Below the pieces are notes generated by a model. It ran no database searches and was not told the DNA's origin. It saw nothing but the letters and a program-made list of their open reading frames with translations. This document shows positions 25,959-32,000 of a stretch of DNA of 32,000 nt, one piece after another; within the stretch, counting starts at the first letter, position 1, and each line of letters starts with the position of its first letter. Made by a program: the position numbers and the translations under genes. Location of the stretch: assembly GCA_026387835.1 (NCBI GenBank), contig JAPLKZ010000007.1, positions 35,284-67,283 of the forward strand. Reading direction: 5' to 3'. This stretch comes from Candidatus Saganbacteria bacterium. Lineage in GTDB: Bacteria; Margulisbacteria; WOR-1; JAKLHX01.

Positions 25959-27080
25959 ATGTTGCATGAAATAATTCAATTAACGGAAGACAATCATCCT
26001 CTTTGGGGTGAACTGTGCCAAAAATCAAATGATGCCTGGTTCTGGCATACGACAGAGTGGATGAATTATTGTATTTCTTATGGTTTTGAGAAGCACAGGT
26101 CTAAAAACCTCAGTTTTATAATGATCGATGATTCTGGTCCCATAGCCATTTGCCCATTAGTATTGGAAAGTCACGCAGGGCCTGACGGCAAGGAAAGACA
26201 AGAGTTCTCTATTTCCGGAAGCGGAGGATATTTAGAAATGCCGGCAGTCAGGAGCAACTTAACCAAAGGGCATACGGACAAAATTATGGATGAAATACTT
26301 GAAACGATCGATCAGATGGCTGTTCGTCATCAAGTGTCCAGGGTGTCATTCAGATCTGCTCCATTGGCTCAACAAAGATATAATATCAATTCATTTGAAA
26401 AATTCGGATATCTTGACTGTTCACTAAGCACACATGTGATCGACCTTAAACTTTCGTTAGCCGAGATCTGGAGCGACGTCAGGAAAGGGCATAAGTATGA
26501 TATACATCGCGGAGAAAAAAATTTCATTATCCATATTTATGACAAGGATAATGCGGATAAATCGATTTTTGATCAATACAGGCTTCTTCACCACAAAGCT
26601 TCAGGCCGGGTGACCCGCCCAATAGAAACTTTTGAAATGATGTATGACTGGATCGTGCGTGGGCTGGGCATGTTGTGTGGTGTATGTCGGAACGGACAAT
26701 ACGCAGGTTTTTCATATATAAGCCTGTATAAAGATTCTGCTTATTATACCTCAGCAAGTGATGACCCTGATTTTCAGACAGATGTGCCCATCTCCCATGT
26801 CATACAATGGTCGGTTATCAAATGGTTGAAAGAAAAGGGATTTCAAACCTACGAGATAGGCGGGCAGCATTACGGGCCACATATTTATGATCTGCCTTCA
26901 GCAAAGGATGGCAGCATTGCTTTTTTCAAACGCGGATTTGGCGGAAAACAGCTTCCGTTGTACCGCGTAGAAAAATATTTTGATCGTGATTATATGAGGT
27001 TATCATATGAACTCAAGATAAAAGCTTTGCAGGAAAAAGCCTCAAAAGAAATGATCAAAGAAGGAGCCACCCCCGGATGA
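25959..27080 (+). CDS. FemAB/GNAT-like acyltransferase
   Basis: WFWHTTEWMNYC...LAEIWSDVRKGHKYDIHRGEKNF...MYDWIVRGLGMLCGVCRNGQYAGFSYISLYKDSAYYTSASDDPDFQTDVPISHVIQWSVIKWLKEKGFQTYEIGGQ. Confidence 0.78.
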   Translation: MLHEIIQLTEDNHPLWGELCQKSNDAWFWHTTEWMNYCISYGFEKHRSKNLSFIMIDDSGPIAICPLVLESHAGPDGKERQEFSISGSGGYLEMPAVRSNLTKGHTDKIMDEILETIDQMAVRHQVSRVSFRSAPLAQQRYNINSFEKFGYLDCSLSTHVIDLKLSLAEIWSDVRKGHKYDIHRGEKNFIIHIYDKDNADKSIFDQYRLLHHKASGRVTRPIETFEMMYDWIVRGLGMLCGVCRNGQYAGFSYISLYKDSAYYTSASDDPDFQTDVPISHVIQWSVIKWLKEKGFQTYEIGGQHYGPHIYDLPSAKDGSIAFFKRGFGGKQLPLYRVEKYFDRDYMRLSYELKIKALQEKASKEMIKEGATPG

Positions 27081-28609
27081 TCCTAAAGAATATCAAAGCA
27101 GTTTTTCTTTCTAATATTTTGATCCAGATTATCGGCTTTATCGCTTCATTTATTATAAAACGATTTATAGAGCCCTCTCTCATGGGTGTATGGAACCTGG
27201 TCAATATCGTTGTTAGATATATCCTGATGTTGAATTCGGGCGTTGGGTCGGCAGCCCAGAGGGAGATCCCTTACTTGGCCGGCAGGAATGACAAAGATGC
27301 GGAGGAAAAAACGAAGCAGACTTTTTTTGCCGTCATAGTTATTGAGCTTTTTGCCGCCACGGTGCTGTTTTACTGCTTCTTCTTTTTTAAGCGCGACATA
27401 TTTCAGTCCAATCTTTGGTACCTTTTTTTGGCGGCGCCGTTCTATGCTTTTACAACCCGGATCTATGATGCGTTTGTGACAGTTTTTCAGGCACACCAGG
27501 AATTTGTGAAATTAAGCAAGCTAAATGTTCTCTTTTCTGTAGTAAATATTGTCCTTTCCGTGGCGGGCGCACTGTTTTTCGGGATCACGGGCCTTTTTGT
27601 GGGGATCGGCATATTCTATTTGTATAGAATTTATAAAATATGGGCACTTTCAAAACAAAGCGAAATAAAAATAAGCATTAAATTTCACTGGGATACTTTT
27701 GTGAATCTAATAAAGATAGGATTTCCACTTGAAACCGGCTCTTATTTTTATGGGCTCTTTATTACTATTGACAGCCTGCTTGTTGCCAAATGGCTTGGGG
27801 TCACTTCGCTTGCCTTTTATTCCATGGGATTAGCAATTTCAAGACAGATGGGAGATTTTCCCACGCAAGTAAATACTATTATCTTTCCAAGGATCATGAA
27901 AAAGTTTGGACAAAACCACAATCTTCGGGAGATATCAAAGGACGTTTATGTGTTTTTTATCGGTAATCTGCTTATCATAATCCCTTTTCTTGTTCTGTTT
28001 GTCGTATTCGTGGGCCCGTGGCTCGTCAGGCTTTTTATCAGAAATTACATAGAAAGCATTCCTTCTCTTGTCATCCTGGCATTTTCAATGTTCTTTATCC
28101 CACAGATACACTTGCCGTTTAATATATTCCTGTTAAAAAAGCAAATGATAAAAGTGGTCGGGTATACTGCGCTGAACTTCATAATACTTCTTACGTCGAT
28201 TTTTCTCATTAACTTCCAATCACCAAGCCTAATGATGATAGCTGTATCTGTCTTGATCGGTCAGTTTATATGTTTTATTGTTGTATTTTGGGATTCCATG
28301 ACAGATGTGTTGACATTAAAAGAAAAAATAATAGTATTGCTCTTCCTACAGGCGGCATTTTGGTCATGCCTGATCATCATGCTGGTCCTTGAAAGGATAT
28401 TTCCGTCATCCATGTCCAGGGGCGCAGACACGATCAATATGTTGATAAAAACAACGCTCTCTTTCATTATTTGCGTGCCTATAGCCGTCTGGGCACTTGC
28501 CTTTACAGGAACATGGGACAAGGTAAAGGACGAAATATATTCGACGCTAATTAATTTCAGGACAAGGTTCGGATTTACTGCTGTCGATTCAAACACAGAG
28601 GCCGAATGA
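27077..28609 (+). CDS. Wzx-like oligosaccharide/lipopolysaccharide flippase
   Basis: 510 aa, about 12-14 hydrophobic segments; SLMGVWNLVNIVVRYILMLNSGVGSAAQREIPYLAGR...GLVFPL-like KIGFPLETGSYFYGLFITIDSLLVAKWLG. Confidence 0.88.
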   Translation: MILKNIKAVFLSNILIQIIGFIASFIIKRFIEPSLMGVWNLVNIVVRYILMLNSGVGSAAQREIPYLAGRNDKDAEEKTKQTFFAVIVIELFAATVLFYCFFFFKRDIFQSNLWYLFLAAPFYAFTTRIYDAFVTVFQAHQEFVKLSKLNVLFSVVNIVLSVAGALFFGITGLFVGIGIFYLYRIYKIWALSKQSEIKISIKFHWDTFVNLIKIGFPLETGSYFYGLFITIDSLLVAKWLGVTSLAFYSMGLAISRQMGDFPTQVNTIIFPRIMKKFGQNHNLREISKDVYVFFIGNLLIIIPFLVLFVVFVGPWLVRLFIRNYIESIPSLVILAFSMFFIPQIHLPFNIFLLKKQMIKVVGYTALNFIILLTSIFLINFQSPSLMMIAVSVLIGQFICFIVVFWDSMTDVLTLKEKIIVLLFLQAAFWSCLIIMLVLERIFPSSMSRGADTINMLIKTTLSFIICVPIAVWALAFTGTWDKVKDEIYSTLINFRTRFGFTAVDSNTEAE

Positions 28610-30315
28610 TGAAAAAAGCAATGCTGGTCAATTCGCTGGAACAAGCAAAGTATGCGATAAGTATCATTGATCCAAAAGGTGAGTGTGATATCTTTTGCCT
28701 GGATTATCTGACATATAAGACATCTTCGGAAGGGCGGCAGCTTAAATATTACTATCAAAATACCAGCTATTGCCCTAGGAAAGACTTTGAACTCCTTGTC
28801 AACAGCTGGCATAAAGACAAGCAAGGTCGTGATGTTACCTGTTATGAAGGCATCTCCGCGGGTCATATCATGAATAATTTAATTACCATGTCACTAGCAA
28901 CGATCATAAGAGAATGGAACAATATAAAAGAAAAATGCGGTAATTACGAACACCTTTATATTCCGGAAGACATGCCCCCGTTAACATCTTCTGTTATTGA
29001 ATGCTATTGCAATAATAAAAGCATTGTGTTTTCAAAGTACAACTGCAAATCCGAGATACAATCACTTAATACTTGTGATGAGCGAATAATTGGGTGGTAC
29101 CCCCAAAGCAGTTTTAGAACGATATTAAGTAATCAATTAAGAAATCTCACGAGCCGGATTAAAAACAATAGGATACTATTTATCCTTGATTGGACTTACA
29201 GGCCAATTCTAAACATATTGCCTCAATCATCCTACATCGGCTTTGATTATCTAATCGCTTACTTGAATGTTTTTCGCAAGGCAAGGGTCAAAAAGCTTTT
29301 TGATAAGCTGCAGGAACTCGTCGAGATTAGCGTCAACGATGAGGAGAAATGGAGAAGATGTGACTTCATCGAAAAGGGTTGTCGAAAGTTAGTAATAAAT
29401 TATATTAAACATATATTCAAGGTCAATAGAAAAAAGTATGAATACACGTTAAATATGTTTGAGCAGGTATTTAGCGATCTAAAACCGCAATTATTTGTTG
29501 TTCCGTCAGACAAATACGATCCGTATGCTATTGGCTTGCAAGTAGCAAAAAAGCACGGAATTAAAACAATGCTGCTCGTAGATGGATATTATGCTTCAAA
29601 ACCAGAAAACACGGATGAATACGGAAAATACTTATTCGATTATTATGCGGCTTTCGGAGAGGCGGCTCGCGCAGATTTTAAATTATTCGGAATCAATAAC
29701 AGTGAAATAATCAATATGCCGGCCATATTATTGGGCAATTACTTTGATCCGATGCCCGATGAAGAAAGATACCAGGTTATAGTTATGACATGGATACCAA
29801 ATCATGAAAACCCAAATGTAAATCTCAATTATCCTGCGAAATATCTTATAGAGACAATAGAGCTGCTAATCTCTATGGGATACAAGAATATCGCTGTGAA
29901 AATGAAGTCCGGCAGGGAACGACAGTATGTCGAAAGGATAGCAGCTTTATTTGGGGCTTCTATAAAGATCGGGATCATCTGCGGCTTATTCAAGGATGTG
30001 GCAGGCCTGTCAGATACTTTTATTGGCGGAGTATCCTCGGCAATCACGGAGATCGGTTTTCTTAAAAAGAAATATTATATCTATGAGCCGGAGGAAAATG
30101 GCAATGATTTCTCAATTGAAAGTGCGCCAAACATGTTCCAAAAACTTAACATCGCAAGAACAATCGATGAATTAAGCGATAATCTTACCTCCGGCAGGCA
30201 GGCGCTGGCCGCAGAGGGAGAATACTTCTTCGGGTTGAAGACAAACAACAAGCAGGAATATGAAGAGAAAGTCAAGTCTGCTTTTGCAAGGTGGACCGGT
30301 GGAAATGAGCAATAA
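28606..30315 (+). CDS. Large surface-carbohydrate biosynthesis protein, probable GT-B-like transferase
   Basis: FKVNRKKYEYTLNMFEQVFSDLKPQLFVVPSDKYDPYAIGLQVAKKHGIKTMLLVDG...GLFKDVAGLSDTFIGGVSSAITEIGFLKKKYYIYEP resembles the nucleotide-sugar side of capsule/Kdo-type transferases; position downstream of Wzx. Confidence 0.6.
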   Translation: MMKKAMLVNSLEQAKYAISIIDPKGECDIFCLDYLTYKTSSEGRQLKYYYQNTSYCPRKDFELLVNSWHKDKQGRDVTCYEGISAGHIMNNLITMSLATIIREWNNIKEKCGNYEHLYIPEDMPPLTSSVIECYCNNKSIVFSKYNCKSEIQSLNTCDERIIGWYPQSSFRTILSNQLRNLTSRIKNNRILFILDWTYRPILNILPQSSYIGFDYLIAYLNVFRKARVKKLFDKLQELVEISVNDEEKWRRCDFIEKGCRKLVINYIKHIFKVNRKKYEYTLNMFEQVFSDLKPQLFVVPSDKYDPYAIGLQVAKKHGIKTMLLVDGYYASKPENTDEYGKYLFDYYAAFGEAARADFKLFGINNSEIINMPAILLGNYFDPMPDEERYQVIVMTWIPNHENPNVNLNYPAKYLIETIELLISMGYKNIAVKMKSGRERQYVERIAALFGASIKIGIICGLFKDVAGLSDTFIGGVSSAITEIGFLKKKYYIYEPEENGNDFSIESAPNMFQKLNIARTIDELSDNLTSGRQALAAEGEYFFGLKTNNKQEYEEKVKSAFARWTGGNEQ

Positions 30316-32000
30316 GAATATTAGCAACAAAAAACTGATCGTTCTTGGCAGAACTGCAAGCGAAGGCGACTGCAGGCGTATAGTTGCCGGTTGCGATGAT
30401 GCGCTTATTTGCGACTTTTCGGAATATTATCAGATAAACCGTGACGAACTTTTAAAGCGCGCCAAAGAGGGCCTGCATATCGAACTTTCGGCAATATTTC
30501 ACAAAGTGCAGGAGGATATGAGAGATAAATATCTTGACTTTATTGCTGATTGGCCCAATAAAGTATTATGGCGCGGGAAGGATTTTAAAGAGCTTTTTGC
30601 CTGGAAGGGAATAAGCCTTTGGTGGTTCAGCGAGCCGGCGAGGAAGGTTATCGGGGAATACGGAGAATATTCAAAGATCTGCGAGATATTCACAATAAGA
30701 GATATTATTAGTTCGTGCGGTATTGATAGCGTTCAATTAATTTCGTGCCCAAAAGCCTTTCGCCCCACGCTAAAGAAGATCTTTCCGAAAATAAGGATCT
30801 CACATATTGGTCCCGCTAAGGAATGCGGACTATTAAAACATCTGCTCAGAAGAATAATAGTAATGTTTAATGCAATCCTCATAAAGTTCATTTTTAATGA
30901 CAAAAGCAATAGATACGGAAAAGATAGGATCGGTATTATCTCATTCAATCTTTATAATTGGATAGAGAGCAATAAGGTGCCGGTAGACCGCCTGTACCAG
31001 GGACTTGTTGAAGACAAAAGCCTCGGGAATGTGTTTGACTGGATATTTGTCACATCCGCTAATATGGTCGATCTGATCCGCAAAAAAAAACTGAAGGATA
31101 CTTTGGGGCTTTTCAGAAGGATCAGGGACCATTATGGAAGATCATCATTAACATTCGTGGAAAACAAGATCGGTTTCAGCCAAATTGTATTACGGTTTGT
31201 CGATTGTTCCGCAATAATCAGATATTTGTTGCTGGCAAGAAAGAAAGAGTTTAGGGACAGCCTGACAATCGAAGGGGTCAACATATTTGATATTTTTCAT
31301 AATGCCTTTGTCAAATCATTTGTTGTGAATACATTTGAGTCCCAGATGTTGTCGGAATGTTTTTATCGCCTGAATAGGGACGTAAAACACGAGACATATG
31401 TAACTTATGCGGAATTCTTCCCGACCGGCAGGGCGGTGATACACGGGGTAAAGAGGGCTGATACAAAATCCAGGATAGTCTGGCATCAGCATTCTATGCA
31501 AACCAAAGGAAAGACAATGTTTATCAACAGGATCGGTGAAACAAATAAGTCCGGAAGTAAAAATTATGTGCAGTCTTTTCCGATAGCGGATAAATATCTG
31601 ATGTGGGGAAAGCAGGCAAGGTCGGTAGTCGCTCCGGGTTTTCCGGAGAGCAGGATAAAACTTATAGGGTCCTATAAGTATGTTGATAATTTCTATGCAA
31701 TTGCAAGCCATAAGGAGGAATCAAAAGGCGGTAAAAAAAAGATATTGATAGTGCCCTCAAATTACCGCAGGGACTGGCTTTTCCTGTTTAATATCATTTT
31801 TAACGCATTAAAAGATGCGGGAAATCAATATGATGTGAAGGTGACAAAACATCCGGCTGTCCAAAAAGAGATGTTCATTAACGATCTTAAGAGATTTAAA
31901 GGCGGGGTGGATGTTGTCTACAGGGACAGCACGTCAGATGCTCTTACAGAAGCGGATATAGTGATAGGAGGGGTCACTACGGTCATTCTCGACGCAATAC
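30305..32000 (+). CDS. Surface-carbohydrate biosynthesis transferase-like protein, 3'-truncated by the window (not in the supplied ORF track)
   Basis: My translation from ATG 30305 (MSNKNISNKKLIVLGRTASEGDCRRIVAGCDDALICDFSEYYQINRDELL...) shows no stop to base 32000; ends ...ILIVPSNYRRDWLFLFNIIFNALKDAGNQYDVKVTKHPAVQKE...DALTEADIVIGGVTTVILDAI. Confidence 0.75.
   Translation, partial: MSNKNISNKKLIVLGRTASEGDCRRIVAGCDDALICDFSEYYQINRDELLKRAKEGLHIELSAIFHKVQEDMRDKYLDFIADWPNKVLWRGKDFKELFAWKGISLWWFSEPARKVIGEYGEYSKICEIFTIRDIISSCGIDSVQLISCPKAFRPTLKKIFPKIRISHIGPAKECGLLKHLLRRIIVMFNAILIKFIFNDKSNRYGKDRIGIISFNLYNWIESNKVPVDRLYQGLVEDKSLGNVFDWIFVTSANMVDLIRKKKLKDTLGLFRRIRDHYGRSSLTFVENKIGFSQIVLRFVDCSAIIRYLLLARKKEFRDSLTIEGVNIFDIFHNAFVKSFVVNTFESQMLSECFYRLNRDVKHETYVTYAEFFPTGRAVIHGVKRADTKSRIVWHQHSMQTKGKTMFINRIGETNKSGSKNYVQSFPIADKYLMWGKQARSVVAPGFPESRIKLIGSYKYVDNFYAIASHKEESKGGKKKILIVPSNYRRDWLFLFNIIFNALKDAGNQYDVKVTKHPAVQKEMFINDLKRFKGGVDVVYRDSTSDALTEADIVIGGVTTVILDAI

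Noticed and set aside
151-31711. The many other minus-strand ORFs of 60-280 aa in the track (e.g. 836..1684, 4616..5419, 28261..28866)
   Set aside because: All lie antisense to or inside well-supported genes and show no recognisable family motifs or ribosome sites; judged shadow ORFs.
1-32000. CRISPR array, tRNA/rRNA genes, transposase/integrase, RiPP precursor next to the radical SAM gene
   Set aside because: None seen by eye: no regularly spaced repeats, no transposase motifs, no small precursor-like ORF; a tool-based scan (CRISPR finder, tRNAscan, Infernal) would be needed to exclude them formally.

Overview
This 32 kb bacterial window is a surface-polysaccharide locus with a methionine-salvage island inside it. 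It has four parts. (1) dTDP-sugar genes (RmlA, RmlC-like, RmlB) followed by two polysaccharide-export modules: SLBB protein + Wzc-like BY-kinase, then SLBB protein + Wzz-like protein. These are followed by a small EamA/EmrE-like transporter, a winged-helix MarR-like regulator and a DegT aminotransferase. (2) A small four-helix-bundle ORF flanked by direct and inverted copies of a CCAATGTCCAATTTCC-type repeat. (3) A compact 5'-methylthioadenosine/5'-deoxyadenosine salvage cluster: MtnA, an LsrF/DhnA-type class I aldolase, a zinc alcohol dehydrogenase, Apt and MtnP. It looks like a DHAP-shunt variant that uses an LsrF-like aldolase. (4) A tightly packed co-directional operon of at least 16.5 kb for pseudaminic-acid-type nonulosonic acid synthesis (PseB, C, G, H-like, I, plus an SpsF-type cytidylyltransferase), with additional modifying enzymes, a Wzx flippase and two surface-carbohydrate transferases. 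The last transferase runs off the window and is missing from the supplied ORF track. Main non-coding observations: two near-identical 17-bp palindromes (TGTTCA-N5-TGAACA), one at the promoter of the MarR-like gene and one at the pse operon promoter; three ORFs whose ATG lies exactly 6 nt after a -10-like hexamer with no Shine-Dalgarno (probable leaderless mRNAs); and divergent mtnA/aldolase promoters that share one -35 element. No database searches were run. Family calls come from recognised motifs and remembered family sequences.
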